The notes below the pieces were generated by a model. That model saw only the letters and a list, made by a program, of their open reading frames with translations, was not told where the DNA came from and searched no databases. From NCBI GenBank assembly GCA_963702475.1, contig CAVPCT010000005.1, positions 608,001 through 672,000 on the forward strand: 64,000 nucleotides of DNA, written 5' to 3'. The translations under genes were made by a program, and so were the position numbers. Position 1 is the stretch's first letter, and the number at the start of each line of letters is the position of its first letter. The DNA is from an uncultured Thermoleophilia bacterium. GTDB lineage: Bacteria > Actinomycetota > Thermoleophilia > UBA2241. Shown one piece after another: positions 8,537-19,117 of this stretch.

Positions 8537-10249
8537 CTAGAGCAGGTACGAGTACTTGCGCAGTTCCGCGGACAACGCCTCGCTGGCGGCGGCCATTTCG
8601 GACTCGCCTACGGCAGCCTCGAGAGCTGCGACCAAGCCCGCTATCCGAGATGCCTGCGCGTCATCGAGAAACGGCATCACCTTCTGCCGCGCCTGCTGGA
8701 GAAGGAGCAGCACCTGCGGATCGCGAGTCGTGCTTGAAACCTCGGTACGCTGGACTTCTTGACTCTCGATGGTCTGATCAACGCGCTGGGCTATTTCCAC
8801 CAACTGCCGCTTGTCCTGGGTAACGCCGGTCGTGACTTCTTCTTGGAGTATCACCTGGCGCGTGACGTTGTCGATGAGCGTTACGTAGACGATGCCGTCC
8901 ATCTTGTACTCGTAGGTCAGGTCAAGCGACGCCTCGCCGCGAGGACGAGGAGTAATCGGAACGTTCCAGCTGCACAGCTCGATGATGTCGGGGTCGTCCA
9001 GCCCGGCAACCGGGTCGCCTTCGAGGATGTCGACCTTCACAACCTCCTGAAGATCGACCGCCGGTACGTACGTCTCGGTGCGCTTGGCGGGCAACTTGTG
9101 ATTGCGGGGGATGATCTCGCTGAATTCGAGGGTGCCCGGCACCCGGCCAATGACGGTCGTTCCTAGAGCATGCTCGGTGGACACAAGGAAGTCCGCGGAT
9201 TCAAGTTCCCCGCTCATGATGGCCGCCGCAATCGCAGCACCTTCGGCAATCGCCGTCATGGGATCGATGTTGGGAGCAGGGTCCATGTTGAGCAACTCAC
9301 AGATGAACTGGCGAACCGCTGGAATCTTGCACGTCCCACCGACGAGCAGGAGGGTATCGACGTCCGACGCCTGACGCTTGCCGTCGGCAAGGGTGCGTTC
9401 GATGGGGCCGCGCACTCTGTCAACGAGAGCCCGCGTCTCTTCGTCGAAGATCCGTCGCGTCACGTGCCGGTACTCTCCCCCAGGCATCGCCACGTTCGTT
9501 TCTTCAGCAGCGGAGAGCTTGATCTTAGCCTTCTCACACTCGATCTTCAGCGCACCCACATCGACGGGCGACCACGACTCAACGCCCGAAGATGCCGCGC
9601 GGAGCTTGTTGAACAGGATCCGGTCGAAGTCCAGCCCGCCGCATTCGATGACGCCGCTCGACGACTGCTCATGGAAGACCTGGTCCATCGACTCGAGAAG
9701 AGTGACATCCAGGGTCCCCCCGCCCCAGTCAACCACGAGTACGGTCTTGTCGCCCGGGGTCTCGTAGCCATGCGCCATGGCGGCTGCCGTCGGTTCGTTG
9801 ATGAGCGTCAGCACCTGGATCCCACCCATGCCTGCGCAGATCTTCGTCCGGGCACGCGCGAGGCCACGACTGTTCGCGGGGACGGTGATGACCGCCTGCG
9901 CGACCTCAGATCCGCCCCACATCGTCGGCGCTGTTCGGAGGTGGCCGAAGATGAGCGCCGCCACCTCTTCCACGAGGTAGGCCTGGCCGCCCACCTCGAC
10001 GACCTCTTCACCCTTGAACAGCCGTTTGATCGCCTCGATCTTGTTGTCGTGCCGCATCTTGGCCGCGAAGCCGAAAAGGGGCTCATTGTCCCGACCCACC
10101 GCGAACACCGTAGGCATGATGTTCTGATAGCCGAAAGTCTCCCACTCTCCTGAGGGCGGCTGATCGATCTGCAGGACGCTGACGTCACCGGCGGCGAACT
10201 GGGCCACCACCGAGTTGGTCGTGCCGAAATCGATTCCAAAGGAACTCAT
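8537..10249 (-). CDS. Hsp70-family protein, divergent (not canonical DnaK)
   Basis: GIDFGTTNS, INEPTAAA, VVDWGGGTLDVT, LLVGGTCKIP; SBD-beta-like segment IIPRNHKLPAKRTETY...VKVDILEG; 570 aa. Confidence 0.93.
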   Translation of the reverse strand: MSSFGIDFGTTNSVVAQFAAGDVSVLQIDQPPSGEWETFGYQNIMPTVFAVGRDNEPLFGFAAKMRHDNKIEAIKRLFKGEEVVEVGGQAYLVEEVAALIFGHLRTAPTMWGGSEVAQAVITVPANSRGLARARTKICAGMGGIQVLTLINEPTAAAMAHGYETPGDKTVLVVDWGGGTLDVTLLESMDQVFHEQSSSGVIECGGLDFDRILFNKLRAASSGVESWSPVDVGALKIECEKAKIKLSAAEETNVAMPGGEYRHVTRRIFDEETRALVDRVRGPIERTLADGKRQASDVDTLLLVGGTCKIPAVRQFICELLNMDPAPNIDPMTAIAEGAAIAAAIMSGELESADFLVSTEHALGTTVIGRVPGTLEFSEIIPRNHKLPAKRTETYVPAVDLQEVVKVDILEGDPVAGLDDPDIIELCSWNVPITPRPRGEASLDLTYEYKMDGIVYVTLIDNVTRQVILQEEVTTGVTQDKRQLVEIAQRVDQTIESQEVQRTEVSSTTRDPQVLLLLQQARQKVMPFLDDAQASRIAGLVAALEAAVGESEMAAASEALSAELRKYSYLL

Positions 10250-10828
10250 GTCACCTCCTCCTCGACCGGAGCCTCGGCGTCGCTGGACTCGTCGACTCCC
10301 TCTTGCCCGGGTGTCGCAGACGGCGCTGCTCGCTGAGGCGACTGCCGAGCCTCGTCCGGGTGTGCGTCGCGCGTCTCGGCCACGGCTTCAGACTGCCTTA
10401 CTGCGTTCGAGTCCACGGCTCTCGCCTGCCCCTGCTTGATGACTCGGCTGCTGATGGCGTCGATATACGCCGGGACCAAGATCTCCAGGCGGTCTCCGGT
10501 GCCGTCGACGACTTCGAAGGCCTCGGGCTGCGAAGCATCCTGGAACCTCACCATGCCGGCCTGCTCAATCCACTCCGCCACAAGCCGGCGCAGAGTCTCG
10601 ACGTCCTCAGTCCGCGAGAGCGCCACATCGAGTTGCGCTAGTTGCACAAGGTGCATGGTGAGATCCTGGACGGCCGCGACGACCGTCTTCCGCAGGCCTT
10701 CGAGGCCTCTACGGAACGCGACGTGCCCGGATCCCGACGACCAGTGCGACCTCAACCCTATCGAGCTTCCGGTCGACCGTGTCGAGCAGCCGGATGATCT
10801 CGTCAAGGCGCTCTCTCTCTTTCCTCAT
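10246..10828 (-). CDS. GrpE-like protein (frameshift near 10715-10745)
   Basis: N-terminal coiled coil MRKERERLDEIIRLLDTVDRKLDRVE, helical middle, C-terminal AFEVVDG...EILVPAYIDAISSRVIKQGQARAV resembling the GrpE beta domain; ATGA overlaps on both sides. Confidence 0.55.
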
Positions 10829-11244
10829 TGCGGATCAGCCTTTCCTAGAGGGAACAGCACGGACACATCGATGCGTTCTGCGCTCAAGTGAACGAGAGCA
10901 TCGACCGCTTCGTCGAGCGCTCTCGCGCGGATCTCCTCCAGTTCCTCACTTGTCGGCCTTGCCGTACTCCTTGCCAACGGGACGGCCGGAATCTCAAGCC
11001 CCCCCATCTCGGCAAACAGCGCCCGGTCAGCGGGCACGCGGTAGTGATCGACGGCCGACCCCGGATCGTCAATCGCCTGTTCGATCGCGTGAAGAGCCCA
11101 CGTGACATCTTCGATGCCGTAGAGAGCGTCGGGGTCGCGCTTCACGCGCCTGAGCACTGCCCCGGCTGCCTTCCGCGCGGCGTCGCGCGAGGCCCCGTAG
11201 TCGATGCCAAGAATGAAATAGGGGTTGCGGCGCTCGTCATCCAT
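10825..11244 (-). CDS. J-domain-like protein lacking the HPD motif
   Basis: RNPYFILGIDYGASRDAARKAAGAVLRRVKRDPD matches J-domain helices I-II (PYxxLGv...As...kkA); RDPD at the HPD position. Confidence 0.6.
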   Translation of the reverse strand: MDDERRNPYFILGIDYGASRDAARKAAGAVLRRVKRDPDALYGIEDVTWALHAIEQAIDDPGSAVDHYRVPADRALFAEMGGLEIPAVPLARSTARPTSEELEEIRARALDEAVDALVHLSAERIDVSVLFPLGKADPQ

Positions 11245-11250
11245 CGGCTG

Positions 11251-14093
11251 TCACCTCGAAAGGGCCATGAGCAGGTAGTACAGACGCTCGCTTTCCGATC
11301 GCAGGTCACGCAACGCATCGGCAAGCTCTTCGTCGCCAAGGTGCGGTGTGATTTTGTCGAGAATCTTGCAGGTGTCGGTGCAGAACCGCATGACCGGGTT
11401 CGTCGCCACGAGCACGGCGGCGCGATTCACGCTATACCCGTGGCCGACACTGGCGATCTGCTGCCCGATGCGGTTGTAGAAGCCGAACGCCTCGCGAAGC
11501 TCTGAGTCGCGATACCTGCCTACCACCGCCGCCATCTCGGCGAATCCGATGCTCAGCATGGCCTGCGCGTACTCGCGTTCGTCCGCCGGAAGGGAGGCCA
11601 GTTCGCTCTTGGCGTAGATCAGCATGTCGAGGAACTTGTCTTTGGGTTCCCCTCCGTCCTCAGTGACGCTCTCCGCAACGCCCGCCACCACGAGTCCGAC
11701 CAACGGAATCCTCTCCCCCGCGTCCATCGGCATGTCGGCCTCAATGACGTCGATGCCGAGCATGCGGCCCACGTCTCGGCCGGGGTCTTTGTGAGCCCCG
11801 TCATGAGGGCGCCCACCAATCCATCCCGCTCTTCGATCAACCACCTCGCGTCGGAGTTCCCCCGCAAGGCGGCTGCAAGGGCAACAATGAACGTATCGAT
11901 CCCCTTGGCCCTCGCCCCGTAGACCCTGGCCTCCACCGAACCAGGTGCGGAGACGATGAGGCTGTCGTTCCGACGAAGCCATTCAGCGTCGACGGAGGCC
12001 ATCAATCGCAGGGGGCTGCGGAACGGATCGCAGTCCCACCGGACCGGCCACGCCCACCAGTGCGTGCACCAAATCCTCGGGCATGTCCGCCTCGGGGTCC
12101 GTCGTCGAACTCGCTGGCGCTGAACCCACAGTCACGGCCCGAAGCGACGGCGACCACGCAAAGCTCAGGGGAGGGAGACTCAGCACCAGTCGGGCGAGAT
12201 GGTGAGCCCCGGCAGCGGGGTCCTCACCTCCAGAGACGACACCAATGTTGGCTTGTAGAGCCGACGAGTGCTCGTTGTCGATGGCTTGCTCAAGGGCTTG
12301 AATCGCAGCCTCGTCGCGTCCAACTTGCCACTGTACCGCCGCCATCAAGTTCAGCGCTTCATCCTGGTGGCTTCGGCGCGGGACATCGAAAGACACTGCT
12401 TGGCAAGGGCCAGTGTCTTCTCCCACTCCCACGCGTAGAGGTGGTCTTGCCTCGTAAGCTTGGGGAACTCCAGGAACTCGGGCCCTGCTTCTATCAGAGC
12501 CGGCCTTCGCGTGACAGCGGTCGCACAGCGCGAAGGACGGGAAACGCGTACAGACAAGAGCGCCGGTGTCGCCGGCTCCAAGCTGTCGGCTTGGACGCAG
12601 GCGGCGAGCGCGTTGAGCTTGTCGTGCTGTTCTGGGTTCATGCCGGGGACCGTTACTGGTCGGACTCGGGTCTCAGAGGCCGATGTTGTGCGCGAAAGCC
12701 GGCCGCGTACCAGGACGACTGCAGTTCAAGGTCGGCCGTGACTTCGGGGACGCCCTGCGGCCACGCATGGCGTGTCGCGTGGCGCTTGAAACCATGGTGT
12801 TGAGCACTCTTAGCCGTGCTCGAAAGCCTAGCTTGAAACGTGCGCGTAGCGCCACATGAATGGTGCCGACGACGCCGGGAGAGCCTGGTCAATCAGGTCA
12901 TCAAGCACAGACATCGGCAGAGTAGCAAGGAAGTCGGGAGCCGCCTTGGTGAGGTCCGAGCAACGACCGCCGAATGTCGCGAGAAGCTCGAACGCGGGTC
13001 TGGGACCTCAAGATCATCCGGGAAACGGAGGGGACCCTGTGATGCCGATCTCGCCATCTCCGACGCTGCCAACCTGGCACTGGTAGCCTGCGGAGTGAGG
13101 CTAGACCGCGGTCAATGAAACGAGCAGCGCCACGAGCGGCCAGGTGCGTGACGAGTCGCGCGGCCAAGTCAGTGGCCCAAGGAGAACGTGCTGGACTAGG
13201 GCCACGGCCGGGTTGGCTTCGCAGCACCCTCCAGCGCCTCTGCCACTCGCTGCGCAGCGCTCGTTTCGACAGAGTGGTCCAGCAACGCAGCACCACCACA
13301 AGCTTGACCGGATACCCGGAGGGGAGCATCGTCATGACGATGAGCGCTGCCTCCCGTGGCACTGGAGCGTGCAGCAATGACGCGTACCAATGCGCGCGGA
13401 GTCACTCAGCGGGATCTGCGCGAGGAGATCCTCACGGGAGCACCGAAGCACGTCCGCGACCGTGAGACGGAACTGGCCGTGGCCTGGTTGATCTCAGAGC
13501 GCTACGGAGGCGCTCGCGGTCAGTCTGCACCTTCGATCACACGCCGTGAACGAGCGACCATGCCCGCGTGCCGCTGCGGCCTCGTGCGAGGGCCTCGACG
13601 ATCGTGAGGACGTTCCACCTCGACGCCTCGACTACGTGGAGCGTGAGCGTCGTCGTTGTGGCAACAACGATGGCGGCTTCTTGGTGAACCCTCTTCGGAC
13701 TTGATAGACACTCCCTAGCTGCCCTCGAGGCTGGGACCTGGGGAGAGAGAGCGTGGCCCTGCACTCGGTGCACACTGCGCCGACGGACGGCCAAGCACCG
13801 CAAGACCAGCAGAAGGGAGGCAACGGCAGGTCAATGGCGGAAGTCGCATCCGGCACACCGACCGCGCTGGGCAACTTGGCCGTTGAGGGCGCAGAAGACT
13901 CTCTCGTCGGGACTTGCGCAACCACCCACTCGCGCAAACCCTCATAGGCCCACTTCAGGTGCCCCTGTGCGTCATAGTCGATGACGTGCGTCGGCGATAT
14001 AGGTCCGTGACCCTCAAGGAAGTACTGCCGGTTCTCGTAGCGAATGGTCTTGCCGACCCACGCGGTACTGGGTCCGAACGTCGCGAGAAGCAT
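11251..14093 (-). CDS. Large (about 945 aa) Zn-ribbon plus TPR-containing protein, rebuilt across many frameshifts
   Basis: ATG 14093 behind GGAGGGG; CWSC...CTEC near 13.8 kb; TPR-like QDEALNLMAAVQWQVGRDEAAIQALEQAI near 12280-12367; helical C-terminus ends 6 nt before the J-like gene; could be more than one gene. Confidence 0.5.
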
Positions 14094-14339
14094 CGCCCCT
14101 CCGGGTCGACACCGTGGAGGGATTATCGACATCGAGAGGGCCGCCCTTGATGCGCGGCGAGACAATGCACGCGTGAGCCGGGGAGTCGTCCGAAAGGTCG
14201 GCGCAGGGACACGTCCGCCGGCTCGAGCTGGCAGCTGGGCTTCGACTACCCACCACACTCTCCTCAAGTCAGTCGCCCCAGGGAACGTCATGGGTTCCTC
14301 TACTCGATTCAGTAACAACGGAAGATGAATCCTCAGGTC

Positions 14340-15909
14340 GGAGCAGCGCTCGCCGTGCACGTCGAACTTCTGGCCGTCGTCCTGGAGCAGGCCGGAGAGC
14401 TGCTCCCACTTCTTGTCGCAGCCGGAGAAGCCCACCTTGTCGGCGAGCTCTCGTGATGGGTCCGCGTGACATCTCGTACGCAGTTCCTGGATGGTCTGCG
14501 CCGCCGAGGCCTGGTCGACGACCTGCTCCTCGAGCTCCTCGAGCTCCTCGTCGGGCAGCTCGTCGAGGTCTTCGAGGTCCTCGATGTCGAGCTCGGGGGC
14601 GACGGCGCCGGTGGCGAGCAGCACGTCGGCCTGCTCGGCCGTCACCTGGGCGCCGCGGCGCAGCAGCTTCTCCTCCTCGAGCTTGGCCTCGAGGCGCTTG
14701 CGGCGGCGCTTCAGCGACTGGTAGATCGCCTCGGGCGAGGAGGCGAGGCGGCGCTGCAGGGTGGTGAGCGCGAAGCCGACGGCGATGCGCCGGCGCCCCT
14801 GGCCCTGCTCGTTGGCGAGCCGGTCGGCGCGGTTCATCTCCTCGCGCACGTAGGTCGGTGAACTCGTTGTAGAGGTACGCCTCGTCGGCGGAAAGCGCGT
14901 ACTTGACGGCGTAGGCGCGGCGCTCGGGGAACAGCGGCCGCCCGTCAATGTGGCGCAGCTGCTCCTTGGAGAGGCGGCGCATCATGTCGCGGGCGCCGGC
15001 CTCCTTGCTGTGCCCCTCTTGCCGCGCACCTTGCCGGCGAAGCGGTCGTAGTCGAGCAGCGCCATGAAGAGGTCGAAGTCCTCGGGCTTGCCGCTGTGCG
15101 GCGTCGCTGTCATCAGCAGCAAGTGGCGCGTCACCTCGCCGAGGCGCATGCCGAGCTTGTAGCGCTTGGTCTCCTTGACCTCGTTGCCGAAGTAGTGCGC
15201 CGACATCTTGTGGGCCTCGTCGCAGATCACGAGGTCCCAGTCGCTCTGGCTGAGCTTGGCGAGCAGCTCCTCGTTACGCGAGAGGTGGTCGAGGCGGGCG
15301 ATGAGCAGGTCCTTCTCGAGGAAGGGGTTGCCGGCGTACGAGGCGTCGATCATCTGCCGCGTGACGATCTCGAAGGGGAGGTGGAACTTCTCGCGCAGCT
15401 CGTCCTGCCACTGGTCGACCAGCATGCCCGGGCAGACGATGAGGCACGCGCTTGGCGTCGCCGCGCACCATGAGCTCCTTGATGAGCAGGCCGGCCATGA
15501 TGGTCTTGCCGGCGCCGGGGTCGTCGGCGAGCAGGAAGTGCAGTGGCTGGCGGGAGAGCATCTCCTCGTAGACCGCCGAGATCTGGTGCGGCAGCGGCAT
15601 CACGTTGGAGGTGCTGACCGCGAGCAGCGGGTCAAAGAGGTAGGCGAGCTGGATGCGGCGCGCCTCGCTGACGAGGCGGAAGAGCGCGCCGTCGGCGGTG
15701 AGGGACCAGGCCTTGCCGGGCAGCCTCGACCTCAAACCGCGACTCGGCGTCCCGGTAGAGGACCTCCTCGCCGACGCGGCCCGCGTCATCGCGGTAGGTG
15801 AGCGTAAGCGCGGCGGTGCCGTGCCACTGCCGGCGACGACGGTCACCGCCTGGCCCGCGACCACCCCGGTCACGCGCGCGCCAGGCGTGAGGTCCTCGAG
15901 ACGTGCCAT
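14340..15909 (-). pseudogene. SNF2-family helicase (defence-island type, usually DUF3883-bearing), truncated before the C-terminal helicase domain
   Basis: [21 protein letters not shown] (Walker A), [37 protein letters not shown]; similarity stops at DVHGER; several frameshifts. Confidence 0.8.
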
Positions 15910-16129
15910 GCGGAGAGGCCCCTCTCGTCAGCTCGTCAGAATGCCGGGCTCGGCTCCCCTCAGGCCCGGCGAGCTCAGACCGAACACACCTGCCGGGACT
16001 CTAGCAGTTGAGGGTGACGGATGGCAGGGCCGACTCAAGTCTCAACCCGGAGCCGTGCGGCCGTTTACATTGCGTCGGCAGCTCTGGACGACAGCGCCGG
16101 CCGGGGCAGCCACAATGCGTCCAATGCCC

Positions 16130-17605
16130 ATGGACGTGCTGCTCGACACGAACATCCTGATCCCGGCGGAGCCAACCTCGCCGAGTGACATCGGAGCCGA
16201 CGACACCCTGTGGTGGCGGAGCTCTTGCGCCTCATAGGAGACCGGGGGCAAGGTGCTGATCCACCCGGATGCCTTTCGGGAGAGTCGAGCACGATACCGA
16301 CCCTGGGCGGCGCGAGCTACGACGCGCATTTCTCGCGAAGTATCCACGGCTCACGTCACCTCCTGAGCTTGACGGCACAGCTCGCCGACCGCTTCGGCTC
16401 TCCAAATCCCGGATCGCACGACGCCGTCGACCTACGCCTCCTGGAGGCGCTGAGGGCGCGGTCTCGCCGACATATTGGTCACGGATGACACAGCATTGCG
16501 CCGGCGAGCCAGAGCCATCGACCTCGGGGACTCCGTGCTCACTTCATCAGAGGCGCTGGAACTCATGCGTCGTCTGTACGAACCGCTGGTCATGGCGCCG
16601 CCTGCGATTAGGCATCTCACGTGCGATCAACTCGATGTCGGCCGATCCCATCCTCGACTCACTCAGCCGCGACTACGACGGGTTCGACGACTGGCTCGCC
16701 AGAGCCGCGCTCATGCGCCGTGATGCGTGGGTGGTCGTCGATGAGAGGCGGCATCTACGCGGGCCTTGGCAATCATCAATGAGGAGATCCAGGGCGAGCA
16801 TGGGCTGCTCGGCAAGCTCCTCAAGATCTGTACGTTCAAAGTGGCTGACGTCCACCGCGGAAGCCGGTACGGAGAGCTCCTCCTGAAGCCGATCCTTGAT
16901 CACGCCTTCGCGCACGGCTACGACACGGTGTTTGTCGAAGCGAAGCCAGACAACGAAGAGTTGTTTTCCTTCCTCGACACCTTCGGCTTCCATGACACGC
17001 GGCCGATTCAAGAACGGCACTGACCCCGTGTTCGCAAAGACGCTCCGCGTCCCCGATGACGGGGCATCTGGTCTGAACGACCTCGAGTTTCACATCGCAT
17101 TCGGTCCGCCGACGCTCAGATGGGTCGGCGTGCCCGCGTTCATCGTCCCGATCCAACCTCGGTTTCACAGCCGCCTCTTCCCCGAGGCGGAACGCCAGCT
17201 CACGCTGTCGCCTGCTGCGGAACCTCACGCAAACGGGATCCGCAAGGCGTACCTGTCGAAAGCTGCGTCGCGCCAACTGACGCCCGGGGTCCGTGTCTGT
17301 ACTTCTACCGGTCTCAGAGCCAGGAGGTGACAGTGGTGGGTGTCGTCGAGGATGTCCATGTTCTGTCCGATGCACCGTCTATCGTCCGTGCAGCAGGAAA
17401 GAGGACGCTGTTCGCATATGAGGACATCGAGAAGCGCTCGCAGCGAAAGGTACCGACGTCCTCGTGATCGGCTTCCGCCAGGCCCGAGTCCTCGACGAAC
17501 CGATCTCATACGGCGAACTCCAGAGAGGTGGCGTTCTCAAGGGTCCGCCGCAGACCGTCACGTCCATCGAATCGGAGGCAGCGGCATGGCTGGCGCAAGA
17601 GCGCA
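16130..17605 (+). CDS. PIN domain-GNAT acetyltransferase-(EVE/PUA-like) fusion, frameshifted
   Basis: VLLDTNILI...D..LL...ILVTDD (PIN); DPILDSLSRDYDGFDDWL, KICTFKVADVHRGSRYGELLLK (GNAT); IVPIQPRFHSRLFPE, IRKAYLS...LYFYRS...VGVVEDV, GPPQTVTSI. Confidence 0.8.
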
Positions 17606-18010
17606 CGACTGTAGTCTTGCTCCCCATCAAGCCGCAGTACGCACGCCCGATCATGGACGGCACGAAAGGCGTCGAGTTCCGCAAGACGTCCTTCGCGCGT
17701 AGCCCCACCCACGTACTCGTGTACGCGAGCAGCCCCGTGAAGAGCATGCTCGGCTACTTCGAGGTCGATGACATCGTCGTCGACTCTCGTCGAGGCGCTG
17801 TGGGCCAGATACGCGGACGTCGGCGGCATCACCGAAGACGACTTCCGCGAGTACTACGCCGGCCACGAGCGCGGAGTGGCTCTCGGCGTCGGCCACGTGC
17901 ACGCCTTCGCGGACCCCCTGCCGCTCGCAGCCCTCGGGCTCACCGCCCCGCCGCAGAGCTTCATGTACATCGGCCGCCGCGTGCTGAACGACCTGCAGGA
18001 GGCACCGTGG
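17606..18010 (+). CDS. ASCH domain protein (reads in frame with the upstream gene as given; frameshift near 17785)
   Basis: VLLPIKPQYARPIMDGTKGVEFRK...VLVYASSPVKSMLGYFEV...LW...GGITEDDFREYY...PPQSFMYI. Confidence 0.85.
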
Positions 18011-18639
18011 AGCAACGCGATCACCGCGGCCGAGCTCAAGGCCATCCGCGAGAAGGCCGGTCCTCACGTCGAGGACGCCGACTGGCAGACATCTGAAGAC
18101 CTCAAGCGGAAGTTCGCCGAGGCCCGGACCCGGCGAGACCCGATGTACCTCACGAGGAGCGAGTTCTTCGAGGTCGCCCACTGGAAGCTCATCGGCCAGT
18201 ACGGACGGGCAGCCCGTCACCTCGAGAAGAACACCGCCGCCGCAGATCGAGCGCGTGACGCGCGCACGCCTTCGCCTTCAGCGCGACCCCGACGATCCCG
18301 ACCTCGAGCTGGACGTGCGCCTGCAGATCCTCCGCGTGCTGCCCGGAGTCGGCATGGGCGTCGCCTCGGCCATCCTCGCCCTCTGCTCCCCCGAGAGACT
18401 ACGCGCCCATCGACTTCCGCGTCTGGCGGCAGCTGTTCGGCGAGGACCTGGCGATGTTCGAACTGCGCCGAATACCGCCGCACATGGCGCGCCTCCGCGA
18501 GCTTGTCGCCGAGCTCGGCGACATCGACCCGGAGGGCGGCTGGACGGTGCAGCTGGTCGACTACTACTGCTGGGAGCGGGACAAGGGCGAGGGCGACGTG
18601 ACGCTGCGAGCCGGCCATCGGCGGCGCCGACCCGACTAG
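18007..18639 (+). CDS. HhH-GPD-like DNA glycosylase-fold protein, frameshifted
   Basis: LTRSEFFEVAHWK, HhH motif LRVLPGVGMGVASAILAL followed by YAPIDFRVWRQL, and WTVQLVDYYCW; AGGAGG RBS before GTG 18007. Confidence 0.65.
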
Positions 18640-18782
18640 CCCCCAACGTAAACCACCTCTGCATTGCGTCATCCTGTTCCGCCATGCTCGGCACCCCTAC
18701 GCTGGGCTTGCCCGGCGAAGGCGTCGCGGTGGCGAGTTTCTGACGATACGCCGCACATCGCCGTGAATCACTCTGGACTACC

Positions 18783-18806
18783 GTTGGTTGACATATGTCA
18801 ACCAAC
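18783..18806. promoter_or_regulatory. Perfect 24-bp palindrome over the -35 box; likely TA autoregulatory operator
   Basis: GTTGGTTGACAT|ATGTCAACCAAC; TTGACA (18788) N17 CAGACT, then AAGGAGG RBS. Confidence 0.75.
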
Positions 18807-18829
18807 TGGGCAGACTGGTGAAGGAGGCT

Positions 18830-19117
18830 GTGAGCTTGGCGCGGGGCAGACACCCGAACAAGCATGTCGAGGCCGCTGTCAGGTACGCAGAGAGCAGGAG
18901 CTGGAGAGTCGTGCCGGCAGGAAGAGTGCACACGCGTGGGGAGTGCTCTGCTGTCTCGCACAACAACCCCGACTGCCGTTGCGGCGAGTTCTGCAGGCTG
19001 AGCGTGGCCTCGACGCCTCGAAGCCCCGAGAACCACGCGGACATGATCCGGCGACGCGTGGATGATTGTATCGGTCCGGCGGAGCAGGAGGGTGCTTTCG
19101 ACGATGAACGACTATGA
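18830..19117 (+). CDS. HicA-like toxin candidate with a Cys-rich insert
   Basis: RHPNKHVEAAVRYAESRSWRV...H...DCRCGEFC.LSV.STPRSPENHA; recognised small-protein family, HicA fold inferred. Confidence 0.6.
   Translation: MSLARGRHPNKHVEAAVRYAESRSWRVVPAGRVHTRGECSAVSHNNPDCRCGEFCRLSVASTPRSPENHADMIRRRVDDCIGPAEQEGAFDDERL

Noticed and set aside
8537-10249. Housekeeping dnaK
   Set aside because: Lacks the VPAYFND and DVLLLD motifs, has atypical codon usage, and no HspR/HrcA operator is evident.
13632-14948. Helicase-Zn-ribbon fusion protein
   Set aside because: Read-through from the truncated helicase across a spacer into a gene with its own RBS and ATG at 14093.
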